Origin: a virus
Lineage: Duplodnaviria; Caudoviricetes
Reading direction: 5' to 3' (one strand)
Length of the DNA: 64,000 bases
IMG/VR virus record: IMGVR_UViG_3300033463_000070
Span: 20,700-84,699 of that record
Shown here: positions 50,701 through 63,360 of the stretch, one piece after another
How the letters are laid out: the number at the start of each line of letters is the position of its first letter
How positions within the stretch are numbered: position 1 is the stretch's first letter
Notes under the pieces: generated by a model
Told to the model about the DNA's origin: nothing
The model's input: only the letters and a program-made list of their open reading frames with translations
The model's database searches: none
Program-made: the position numbers and the translations under genes

Positions 50701-53700
50701 TTATCTAATGTTTTAAAATATTTTTCTTTGGTATCAAGCAACTCATTATGATAGAAATTAAGCAACTCAACAATTTCGTTGGCTGTGAGATTAGTTTCCT
50801 TATCTTTTGAAAATACTAATGGTCGATGATATCTGTCCGGTTGTGTCCAATAAAACTTATCATCCATTTTTTTCTTCCTCCTCTAATATTTGCATAAGTC
50901 CATTTGTAAAATTTTCAAGCATAGTTAACATATGCTCATATAACCATATATTTTCATTTTTATCAAAAGCAGAAAAGCAATTAAGTATTTTTTGACATTC
51001 TGGAGCTATTTCATTCCAAATAAGGTCATCTTCAACTACAATAAGATGATTCAAACCAACTAATGGGTCATAGTGTCCATATTGCCCCTCAACTACTATT
51101 TTCTTATCTTCATCAACCATTAAATCCCTCCAATAATTTTGATAACATTGATATCAATGGAAATATGTTCCTTATCGGTATTACCATATTAAAAATATTT
51201 AATAACATTTTTAATAAAACATTATATATATTTTTAATGTTATCATTTAAATATTTTTCCTTATCAAAATGTATTTCAAATGTAACAATTTCAGAGCGTC
51301 TTACAATATTTCTTTCTTTCGTCCAAGATAAATCAATATATTCAGAGTTTAAATCTATATGTGGATATTCATTTGCGGCTTGCTTTCTTGCGCAGTCGAA
51401 TCCTTCGTTTATTATTTGATTACTACAGTCTTTCCAAGATATCATGTCCAAATCACGCCAAAATAAATCCGGTACTTCTGTAACTGCGGAAGCAAGCAAC
51501 ATTAGAAATCAACCTCTATACAACGGATATCATGTTCAATTGGTCGTATACATAAATCCATAATACAAACATATCTTTCTATCTCTGGATGTGGATATAA
51601 TCTTGTAAATTTTGGAGAAAATCGTACATCAAGAATTTCTCCACGTATTCTACTAAAATCTGGATATTGCCATTCTATTTCTGCTAAATCAGAAAATTGT
51701 TCTGGGAGAACCTCTTTAAGATTTATATCCCAAGGCAATTCTATAGTGCATCCAAATTCTTTACTCACAAAACCCCTCTCTTAATTTGACAAGATGTAAT
51801 TGTTGTTCTATATCATTTATAGCTTCCAGTTTTGTTTTTGCTTGTTGACTTTCATAAAAGTCTTTTTTAAAGCAAGCAAGCTCGTAAACATGTTTCATTG
51901 TGATGATAGATTCTCTGAGCATATCCAATTCGTCTTCTGCCCATGTAATTTCTCCCCAAAGACCATAGTTTTCTTGTTCAAGATATCCTATGAACTTTTC
52001 CTGTTTATTTAGGACGTCAATTATCTGTTCAGAGCTCATTGGCACTAATCCGGTTTCATGATGAGGATTGCCACTTTCTAAAGCAATATATTCTTGATAT
52101 GTATCATAAACACGAATACCATACTTATCTAAATCAAGTTTAAATCTTCCTTTAACATTTGGATATTTTTTATCAATATCTCGATAACTCATGTAAAACA
52201 TCTCCAATTTTTTCTATACTTTTAAGTTTATCTCGATATTCTAACACAAGATTATTATCTATTTTCCATAGCTTTTTTAATCTTGATATTTCAGATTCAT
52301 AAGAATTCAATAAAGCACATAATTCTTTCGCAGATGTTTCATCGGATACAGTCACAACTCCACTTCCACTTGAATCACATATCCAAAATCCTCCTTCATC
52401 GGCACCCATACTAGAAACATAATAATATTCACTTCTTTGTCTTAAAAATTCATTTGGCTCTAAATAAATTTTACCTATTCCATCTGTTGTATAATATTTC
52501 GCATCCATTTAATTCCTCCTCCCAGCTGGATTTGGTTTATATACATCACGAATTTTTTTTCCATCTGCACCAACTACACAATCACAATTATCAGGCAGAG
52601 GACATACTGCAAATAAATCACGCCATCTTTCTGCTAATAATCTTGTTTTTTTGCATTGATATAATGTTGTTTTAAACATAAAAGGACAATCTTCACAATT
52701 TTCTACTACTGCTATTTTTCTCATACTATATGCCACCTGACCTATGCTTGATGGTTCAATAATCATCTCTTCCGTTTCTATATGTTTCATGAAAATACCA
52801 CGTTGGTCTTACTACTGGCTCATAATCAGCGCAAAAATTTGGATGCGATGAATCATTTGCCAATGTATCTTTAATGTAACATTCTGCGAATTTTTTACAG
52901 TCTACACAATATTGTTTTCGTTGGTAAAAAACACAATAATAAACAAACCTCGCTTCTTTCTTTTTGAGCGAGCAATATCCATTAAATAAATCACTATGAT
53001 ATTTACAACTGCGACAAGACATTATATCACCATTCTACTGTATAAATATAATGTGTATTATAAAAATCTGTATCACTTTTATCTTGTTTTATTTGTTCCA
53101 ATTGAATTTGTAATTCACTAATAATTGAATAATATTCATCACTAAACATTATAACATTTGAACACTCGAGTTTTTCTCTATTTTCTGGTGAAATCAATAT
53201 TGGAGGAAAGTAAGCAAGCATTTTTACTCTTTGGTCTTCTATATCCACTGTTTCATTAATATCTTTAAGTCGTGATATGATATCTGCAATATGTGCTCCA
53301 CTAATTGTTTTTGTATAAGTTTGTGCTTTACATGATAAATCTAAAATATCACCTAAATGATTTATCAACAGCATTGCGGTATATTGCTGTGTGCCAAATC
53401 GTACTTCATCTTTAACTTCTTGTTCTCCATTTTCTTTTTGTGTTGTAACTTGTTCTATTATTTCAAAAATCAACATTTTTTTGCTCCATAATATTTTGTT
53501 AATTCTCCGACTAAATTAAACTTCTTTTCTAATTCCTGCATTTGTTCAAGCATTTCAATTTTGCTCGCAAGCAAGGAAGCATTTTCATCATCAAGTTCTT
53601 TGTTGACTTGTTTTAATTCAGCTATTCTTGCATAAGTTTTATCCAGCTCATCCAATGCTTCTTCGAATTTACGTTTATAATATTTTTTATCTTTTTCATA

Positions 53701-56700
53701 ATACCCTTCGTTATACCACCAATCAAGGTCTGCAACGTGTCTACATTTAATATCTTCTAAAATAATATTAGGAACATCGCAAAAATTGCATTTACATGTA
53801 TCTGTAATGACATCTTTGCAGGACATTAATTTCTCGCAACTATCAATACAATCTTGAATATAGCCATGTTTCATATAAAGAGGACAATCTTTGTCACATA
53901 TGTGTTCTGTCGTTTGATTAATATCTTTGTTTTGAAAATGTAATATATATTTCTTCAAAAGTTCTACTTCATCGCATTTTTCCTTGTATGCTTGAATAAT
54001 TAAACTATTTAACGCATCACCCATTTTCTAACTCCTCTATTTTATTCTCGTAATACTCCTGCATTTGCCCAACAAACTTGATAATATTTCTTAATTTCTC
54101 ATCATATTGATATCCAAATTCCATTTCCTTGTGCGAAAAAGCGCTATCCAAAATAAGCTTGTAAGCATGCACGCAATTTTTACCATAAACGTCTTTTCCT
54201 TTGATTGGTTTCATATCGATTTTAAATGCCATGTTATCACCCTATATTTCTTTTTTTATAATTCCATCGACATTACATTGTAATGCGATTTCATAATATT
54301 TTGAAAAATCATCATTTAATCCATCAATTATAATTGCTGTTTTCATTAATCTATCTCTCATCGAATGAATTTGGTCTTGCATTTCATTCATTTTTCCAAC
54401 TAATATCTTTAAATCCACATCATCTTCCGGATTGTATGCATTTTTTGATACAAAATCCTTAACAACGTCACGACCTAAATCCTTATTGTATATGATAGCA
54501 AATCTATCAGGACATTCTAATATTTTCATCCTCTCCTTTTTTAACATATTTCATTCTATGTTTTAAAAATTCAATATCTTTTTCAACATATTTAGCCTGC
54601 TTTAAATCACCTATTTTTTCATATGTTTTTAATAAGTTTTTCCTTGCCTCAATTGTTTTTTCACCTGCTGATATAGCTCTACTTCTAAAGCAACATCTAC
54701 CAAATTGATATCTATTATCATCCGCTCTCCAACAGTTTTCTTTACAATTTTTAAGTTTTGATTTATCAAATTGCGGAGACCGGTCACAATTGTAACAAAT
54801 ATCAGGCTTAATTAATTCTAAATCACTATTTTCAAGCAAGTAATTAAGAAAGACTTTGTCACGTTCGTCTAATGTTTCGTCGAAGATGTCTGATAATTCA
54901 ACATTCTCTAAACATCGTGGGGTTACTGATGTTTTATATATATGTTGATACATAGCTTCGTATGCTCCATCCACAAGTTTGTCGAATTCTTCTTTTGTGT
55001 ATTGAGTTTGTGATGCAAATGTCATTTCCTCGAATGAATCCCAGTCTTGATATCCTATTTGATAATAATACATTTAATCATCCCATTCAAATCCTGTTGT
55101 AAGATGTTTGTTTGGTGTTATTGGTTTTCCTCTGTATAATAACTCAAAACACACACCTTTTGGTTGTCTACCTATATATGATGATACTTTTTCATCAATC
55201 CAAAGAAGCCTCGTATCATCAGTGACATCTTTATCTCCCATGCGTAATAATTCTTCTTCACCGTATTTTATTGACCAATCACATAATATAACATGACTAT
55301 ATTGGTCTAATATACCATTAACTCTGTTATGAAGATTTCTATCTGCATTATCATCACATAATCGATAAAAATTATCATCTATTTTTTCCAACGATATCAT
55401 CTGAATCCTCCATATGTAATTTTACAGCCACAAGTATTAAAGCAGCCAAGAAAGTAACTGCTAAATAAAATAATATCAAATTGGTTAATAATGAAATTAT
55501 TAACCAGAATAAAACGTCCATTTTTAGCCTCTTATGTATCCTAATATCTCGATTTCTATAACTTTATCATCATATTTTTCAAGGAAGTTTTTTAATGCGT
55601 ATTCCCAGTTGTCAGATGCTTCTGCTAGATATCCACGAGCATATCCGAGTTCTTCTTCATCAAGGAAATCTTTGGCTCTGTCGTATACAATAACTTCCCA
55701 GTCTATAACACTGAAAGCAGGAAAGCAAGTCATTATGAAATTAATTTTTTCGGGGGTGTTTTTATCGCAGTCTATGTCATTTATCCTGATAAATTTGCCT
55801 CTGTCGTGTACTTCTACTACCATTTATTCATCCTCCTCAAACAATTTGTATTCTATTGCTACTATTTTATCGATATCGATATATTCAAATGTGCATCTTA
55901 TTCTGATACGAACAAACATTGATGTCCAATGTATTGAATCAAACAATTTTTTATCACGTTTGTATCCATAATCATCGCAAGAATTCTTATATCGTGAGTA
56001 TTCAAATCTATTGAATAATTTGTTATCCATCGTTGTCAAGAAACAAAGATATTTAACATCATCCATATTTAAGTTTGTTAATATTGCTTCTACTGCTTCA
56101 TGTTTCAAAATATCACCTCTACTATAAAATATAGAATTATTGGTATATAAAGTTATCTCATTAATTTATATTCCAATATAATTGAACCATTGATGTGATA
56201 TATCACCTTCGCATCAGCTTCAAAAAATTCGTTAATTCTACGTATACTATCTCTGCATTTATCACCATCTACATATGGTACAAGCTCGATAGTGAGCAAG
56301 TCATCAAGATAGTCATAATTAAAGTAAGTAAAACCTACATTTTTATCTAAACAATTTTCTCGGATGCGTTTACATATTGCTTTTTCTAATTTGTATCGTT
56401 TTGTTTCTGTATCTATAAAATCTGTTATCATATTATTCCTCCATGTGTCCTTTAAATAATTTACAAACTTTCGTCCCATCTTCAACAAATATTTTCCTTG
56501 CACATTGCATATTTATATCATTAAACTCGATACATAACTTACAGTTTTTATCATCATCATGATATAACTCTGGCAATGTACCATATTCGTAATCTCTGCA
56601 ACCTCCAAGGTCTCCATTACGCATAAGAAAGCCAACATCCTCATCTGTTAATGCACACCAAGGACAAGTGGCTTCATAATTTTTTCGGGCACATAAACGT

Positions 56701-56852
56701 CTATAATAGTATTTGCAACCATTTGAACAATAATGATATGGATTTACTAAATCATCTTCATCTACCCAAAAATATCCTCCTGTATAATCTTTCTTAAGCT
56801 CATTACCATTAATAATATCCATTTGATAGAATGGTCTTGGAAGTTTTTCCAT
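44731..56852 (-). CDS. Dense array of about 35 small hypothetical (early-type) genes, many with Cys-rich or R[FY]..D..LN modules
   Basis: ORF track plus direct reading of gaps (e.g. 49698-49841, 49834-50007). Near-continuous stop/start overlaps and GGAGG/GGTGA SDs. Confidence 0.55.
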
Positions 56853-56853
56853 T

Positions 56854-57282
56854 TTATTTCCTCATATAATTTTTTAGTGTTCTTTTTGCAAGCCTATCTG
56901 CTCGCTTATTGTTTCTTCTATTTATTTGTTTGATTTGTACATTGTGGACGGAATTATATGTCCGATATACTTCATCAAGCAAATGTCTATTTTTTAATTG
57001 CTTTTTACCTTGCTTTTTAACTCTCTTATAGAAATCAGGCATTGATTTGTTCAGATTTACTACAGCACAATTGTCGCTATGGATAACAATTCTGCTTGTA
57101 TCAAATCTTGAAAGCAATAAAGCTTGATAGATAGCAAATAATTCGCAATATTCGCTATCTAAATCTAGTTTTTCGAGAGTTCCACTGTATTCATTTTCTT
57201 CATCTACTACTGCCCATGAACCTTTGTGTTTTTGATGGCAACATGAACCATCTACGTAGATGTGTCGCTCCATATCAATCAC
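56854..57282 (-). CDS. rnhA: Ribonuclease HI-like protein
   Basis: YVDGS, CELFAI..AL, IHSDN, N..ADRLAK (four acidic catalytic positions). Confidence 0.8.
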   Translation of the reverse strand: MIDMERHIYVDGSCCHQKHKGSWAVVDEENEYSGTLEKLDLDSEYCELFAIYQALLLSRFDTSRIVIHSDNCAVVNLNKSMPDFYKRVKKQGKKQLKNRHLLDEVYRTYNSVHNVQIKQINRRNNKRADRLAKRTLKNYMRK

Positions 57283-60200
57283 CTTCTTTCATTTCTTTTA
57301 TCAGTTTTACTTTAGTATCATTAAATGTTATTTCTTTGACTAATTTGTTGAAATCTTTTTGTTGTTCTTCTGTCATATCATGATAATGTTTTTCTCCGAA
57401 TTCTTCTAACATTTCATCCATTTCGTTGTATTCGTGTATCATTGTAAAGAATCCGAGTTTCCAATGTTGTATGTCATCATCTAAGGAATTAAGAAAGTCA
57501 GCAAGATACCACATGTCATCGTCGTAGTATCTTCTGTCTGTTTTGGTGTCATCAATTACTGCATGTGGTGGGTCTTCTTTTGCTTTGAATCTATCACTCA
57601 TAAATCACCAACTCCTATTTTTACTATCCAATCATATTTACATTGAAAATTATCACAACAGTAAGTGTTTGAAGTTGTGCTTTCATCTATATCACAATTT
57701 CCAAGAACCATATCTTGCCAAAGAAGTTTGGTATGAACGTCATTTGAAGTATAATGTTTACAATTTTCACAACATTTACCTTCCAATTTTTTATCTTTTT
57801 TAGTAATATATGCTTTACACATAGTACCCCAGTCTTTTTTTACATGACCAATAATGTCACAAAACATGAAATCTTCTTTATTAGATTCTTTTGCAAATTT
57901 ACAAGTACCACAACATTGTTTAGTCATTATTTACCATCTCCTCTAATTTAGGCAAAGGACATTGCTTAAATAAATTTTCAATAGTAGCAAATTCATTTGT
58001 TTTCCTACACCCTGCGATTTTTAACAAATCATCATAAATACTAAAAATACATTCATGACAACTATCTACTGTTAATAATCTAGTTATTAAAACACCTCCT
58101 CAATATCTCTAAATTTATAACTACACATCAATCGAAATGGTAATCCATTTAAAGTGTCTTCAATATCAATATCTGGATACATATATCTATCTATAAAATT
58201 TTCTGCTTCTTCGATTGTGACATCACCTTTTTCTGTCATTTCACGTATCATATCAGCTTTTAATTTACCAAAGACTTCATTTAATTGATAAAATAAATCT
58301 TCATAAACTCTATTAACAAAATTGATATCTTTTGAACAAAAATCTGGAGATTCAAGTTTTTTTGCAACTATTTTCATATTATCCTATCCAAATATTAATT
58401 CTACCTGTGAATTTTCGGCACAATACTGTACGATATCTCTAAATTCGTACATTTTTTTGATAAACCAATCTGTTTTGTCACCATTTGCGACTGATTTTAT
58501 TAATTCTTCGTCTATAAGCAAGCAAGGAAGCAATTTTTGACATTCTTGTGATGTGAGTTTGCCATCGCAATCGGAATGTTCAAGTATTATTGCTAAATCA
58601 CCTACATTGTCAAGAGGTATTGGATTCATTAGTACATATTCACGATATAATGATTTATCGTAATGTGCTGCGAATAATCCTCTAATATGAGCGAAAGTAA
58701 TATAGCCTGAATAATAATTCATTTTTTCATCATCTGAAAATATATCTAAACCCATTTTATCCCACCATTAAATCTCTTCTTGTATTATCGTAATCTATTT
58801 CAACATTTGCCAATGTTCTGATGTGTTCATCCATCATTTTGTAAGTTGTGTCCAAATCATACTCTTCAATGATGTAGCCATATCCTTTTTTCTTTTCTAT
58901 TTTATCAAATTGTTTTTTTATTTTAGAGTAATCTTGTGATATCATCAAAATATAATTATCATCATAAAATCGATACGCACTGAGGATATAAAGTTTGTTA
59001 CCCATATTATCCATAAACACCATTATTCAACCTCCATTTCTATTACACAATCTTCATCACGTAATGGACATTCATCACACTCCCATTCTGCACAATATGT
59101 ACTGATGAAATATTTTAATTTCAAAACTTCTTTCTTTAGTTTTTTCATTTTATAATGTTGATTTGCGACTCTGTCCTCAAGATACATATTATCCTGCACT
59201 AAATCTTCGTTGTGACATTTTAAATCCACTATCTCTTCATATTGCTCATTTAATATTTCACAAACTTTTTTAAGATATTTAGTATTCTCTGTTACCATTA
59301 ACCATTCATGATTTTCATCTTCTATGATATATTGCGTAGGATTCACTTGAAAGATTTTATATCGTTTAGTCACCAAACCACTTCCTCATCTTTTTAATTC
59401 CTCTTCTGTGAATTGTTCTTCAACATAATTAATTTCTTTCCAGATGATGTTATATTTACGAAGTAATGAATGTAATTCAATATCAAATTTCATAAATTGC
59501 ATATTATCTCCTTTAAACTTTCCTAATATTTTAAAATCTTCAGTCATCTAATTCCACCTTCCTTTCAATACACCTATTACCTTATACACTCCACTGAATT
59601 TTGTTTTCTTTTTCCAATCAGAACATACTTCTATATAATCAGTAGCTGATTTTTGAATAATATTATGAAGAACACAATGTTCAACAGAATGATAAAAATC
59701 GCCCTGTAATTTAAAGTACTCACAGGAATAGCAAGTTTTTCCTTTTTCAATCATTCTAAATTCCTCCATAAACAAGAAAGAACTCCCCATACTCCAATAT
59801 TAATCATAATTAATAACAGCACGATATATTCAATCATTCTTTTAACTCCTTTAAAAGATAATCTATAACATTCATTATATTACAATCTCTATTGCATTCT
59901 CTTATATTAGAATATGGGTTAATAAAACCAACATAATCTAATTTTTCAGTATCAACAATATCAAATAAATTATAACTCACATCTTTCCTTTTAAAGGGAA
60001 TAAATCTCGGACAATCCTCATCAAAATCTCCTTTTTTAAATGGTTTTCCAGTCATTCCACATCACCTTAAAACATCATCATTATATTTTCCTAATGCTTT
60101 TAATTTCTGCTTTAACTCAAAATTTTCTTTTTCATACTTGTGAATATAGTCTGACAATTCGTTTGGGTCATTACACAATTCTGCAACTTCTTTTTCAATT

Positions 60201-61375
60201 TCAGAAATATCCACCATTCCTCTCCAAGCCAATTGTTGTAATTTTAAGGTTAATACACGATTTTCAATTCGTAAATGTCTATTAACCGCTTTTAATTCAA
60301 TAGAATGCTCAACATCTTTCCTTGTAACCATCGATGTATAATACAATCGATTTAAGAGACATGGCACTTCCTCTAATGAATAATGTCTTTCAGTATATTC
60401 GTCTCTGATTGTTTCACCTGCTTTCGTATATCTTTCAGTCATCAGTTACTACCTCCTTTTCTATTTTTTGTTTTTGCATTTACATCATATATTGTAACTA
60501 ATGTCATCAATTACCACTTCTTTTAGATTCATAGTCATCACAATCACCCCAATGTGCAAATACGGCTACCTTTTTTTTACAACAATGATATTGTGTAGAA
60601 TATCCAGTACCCCCTATTTTATATCCATTTTTACAAGCATCACATAAACTAGTCATTTGTTACCACCTCATTTTCGGCTGCGAACACATGTTTTCAAGTT
60701 CTTTTACTGTTTTATAATCATGTTTGATTTTCCAAAAAGTAATTTTTTTATATTTCTGGCTTATCTTCATTCAGTATTTCCTCCATATCATCATATATTT
60801 TTTCTATTTCTCGGCATATTAGTATACCTTTAATACATAGTATTATCATTATGATACATAAACCTATCGATATGATTTCGAGAGTATAGAAGGTCGCATC
60901 ATGACCTACAAATGCTCCTGTTGGTCTAAATATTGGTGGTACTATAACCATTGGTTTTGCCTCCTGTAAAGAAATCCTGCAAGCAAGAAAGCAAGCAAGA
61001 TTGAAAGGACTGTGAGAGTTGGGGATAGGTTTGGTTTTGTTGTTTGGATTGGGGTGTGGAATAGGTAGTATGGGTGGGTTGTTATCGTCATTTTTACCAC
61101 GTCCTTTTAAATTTATCACAACTGTGTTCATTTAAGCAACAATGCAAGCAATCATTTTTGCAAGTATATTGGATGTAGGACATCATTTGTTTATGTTTCT
61201 TGTCTAATTCATTGAGAGTTTGTATTACACCACCGATTGGATGCATTTTTTTGCCGTTATCAAATACTCGTATAGAATCTTTTGCTACTTGTTCATATGT
61301 AAATCGTTCTTTGTGCAAACACATTTTTATCACCGTAAGAAAGAAAGAAATTAATTTTTCTCTCTTTCGCTCCAT
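57275..61375 (-). CDS. Further small hypothetical genes, including 58384-58755 with the HSDCDG motif and an unlisted 49-aa Cys-rich ORF at 60507-60656
   Basis: ORF track plus direct reading. Overlapping stop/start pairs. Confidence 0.55.
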
Positions 61376-63360
61376 ATTTTTTCACCATATAAGTTTTCAA
61401 AATATTCAATTGCTTCTTTACTTTTTGGTACTAATCCATTCATATGATTTTTACCATCAGGTAATCTACTGTATACAATATAACTTGATTGATTGATGTC
61501 AAAAGCATTTTTAACTGCAATAGAAAAAGTTTGTGAATTATCTTTTCTAATTGTGGCTTCTAACATTTTTTCAGATATTTTATCGTAAACAAATTCTTGT
61601 ACATCTTCAAGAATTAAATTATCATCTCCCATATCAATATATCTGCCGTGGTATGATACATCAAAATGTTGTTTTAAGAAATATTCTTCTGGGAATGTAC
61701 ACATATGAATTTTATGCATTTTTTCTTCATTTGTTTTTGGCGAAAATGATTTTGATTTTTTATTTAACTCTAATTCAATATATTTTTTAGTTGCTTGTTG
61801 AACTAACCATCGTTTGCAATCATCAGTAAATAATTCTGATTCTTTATGTCCACAGTCAATAAAAGATTTTATTGGAATAATTGGAATGATTCTTCTTGAT
61901 ACTCCTTCTCCTGCTATTGCATCATATATTTTTTTAGGGAATTTATTACCTACAAACCAGCATCTTGGTACAATTTCAGCAGGAATATTTATTGTGTCTT
62001 TATTTTTCTTTTCTACTGGTAAATTTGCACCAGTTGATATTGTTTTTAAGTGTTCTGGAAAACTATCTGTTGCATTTTGTATCTCATCCATAATGATACA
62101 ATCTGCTTCTGCAAATGGTGATAATCCAAATTTAGCGTCATCTAATTTTTTTACTCCTTGTGTTTGAGTGTTATAGAAAATACTTGTTATTGCGTTAATA
62201 AATGTTGTTTTTCCTATCCCACCTATACTAATTAAAAAGATACTTTCTTGTCTTTGAGTGTATCCTTTATCATATAAGCAACATCCTATGTAAGCAAGCA
62301 AGTCATTTTTATCTTCTTCGGTGAAACATTGGTTGAATATATCTTCTAATGCTCCTCCATCTATTTCTTCATCAAGATAGAGTTCTGTTAATATTGTTCT
62401 TAGTGGTAGCAATGGAATTTTTGGTTCTAATTTAAGTGTTTGTTCTTTTGTGATATCAAAAAAGCAATTATTAAAGCCAACAAGTTCGGGGTTTTTATAT
62501 CTAATTACATTTGTCCATTTAGGGACTTTTTCAAATATATCATCAATATTGAGAGTATATCCACCTTTTATTCCTTTTGGACTATTGAATGTGATTCCTT
62601 CATGAATATATTTTAAAATATGCATATTATTTTCTTTTGTAAATGGGATAAATTTACCATCTCCATCGCTATAAAAATATTCTCCAGTACCACCTTCAAT
62701 ACATAAGCCAATTTGTTTACTTAATTCATCTGCAAGTTTAGATAAAATTTCTTCATTTTTTAATGTATAAGTGAATATATTAGCTTTTAACTGTCCAACT
62801 GGTCTAATATTTACAGTTGTTTTATATATATTAAAAAATTCTGTAATAATTTCTGAAAATAAATTATTTTCATCTTTTGCTAAACCAGTTTCTGATACAA
62901 GATTTTCTTTATTTTTTATGATAATCTTCATCCATTTTTCGATGATAGCATTTTCTTTAGCTAATTTATCAATTTCTACCTCACAAGAGTTGATATCAAT
63001 TTGTTGAAATCTTTTTTTTTGTTCTCTTGTCATTTTAAATTCTTCACCTAAACTTTCTAAAGTTTCTTTTTTATTTACCATCTCATTATAAAAATCAATA
63101 TCATTTTGTAATTCATTTGTTTTGTTTTTAATTATTTTCATTCTATTTTTAAATTTGTTTTTTATCACATACTTGATATAAGCAGTGTTTTTATATTTTT
63201 TGGATAATTCATAAAAACGAGAGAAAACGATATGATTTTTATCAGGACAATCAATTTCTCTTGCTTTTGCTAATTCATTAAATTCTTGTTTTTTTAGTTC
63301 TTCGATATTTATCAAAATTTTGACCTCCTTAATATATTTTGATGATAATATATTTGACAT
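61351..63360 (-). CDS. SF3 (D5-like) replicative helicase without a primase domain
   Basis: GFNNCFFD (D5_N-like), Walker A IGGIGKTT, Walker B IIMDE, K.ISTG..L.VEKK, motif C FVGN.FP, RRI. Coiled-coil N-terminus. Confidence 0.8.
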   Translation of the reverse strand: MSNILSSKYIKEVKILINIEELKKQEFNELAKAREIDCPDKNHIVFSRFYELSKKYKNTAYIKYVIKNKFKNRMKIIKNKTNELQNDIDFYNEMVNKKETLESLGEEFKMTREQKKRFQQIDINSCEVEIDKLAKENAIIEKWMKIIIKNKENLVSETGLAKDENNLFSEIITEFFNIYKTTVNIRPVGQLKANIFTYTLKNEEILSKLADELSKQIGLCIEGGTGEYFYSDGDGKFIPFTKENNMHILKYIHEGITFNSPKGIKGGYTLNIDDIFEKVPKWTNVIRYKNPELVGFNNCFFDITKEQTLKLEPKIPLLPLRTILTELYLDEEIDGGALEDIFNQCFTEEDKNDLLAYIGCCLYDKGYTQRQESIFLISIGGIGKTTFINAITSIFYNTQTQGVKKLDDAKFGLSPFAEADCIIMDEIQNATDSFPEHLKTISTGANLPVEKKNKDTINIPAEIVPRCWFVGNKFPKKIYDAIAGEGVSRRIIPIIPIKSFIDCGHKESELFTDDCKRWLVQQATKKYIELELNKKSKSFSPKTNEEKMHKIHMCTFPEEYFLKQHFDVSYHGRYIDMGDDNLILEDVQEFVYDKISEKMLEATIRKDNSQTFSIAVKNAFDINQSSYIVYSRLPDGKNHMNGLVPKSKEAIEYFENLYGEKIWSEREKN

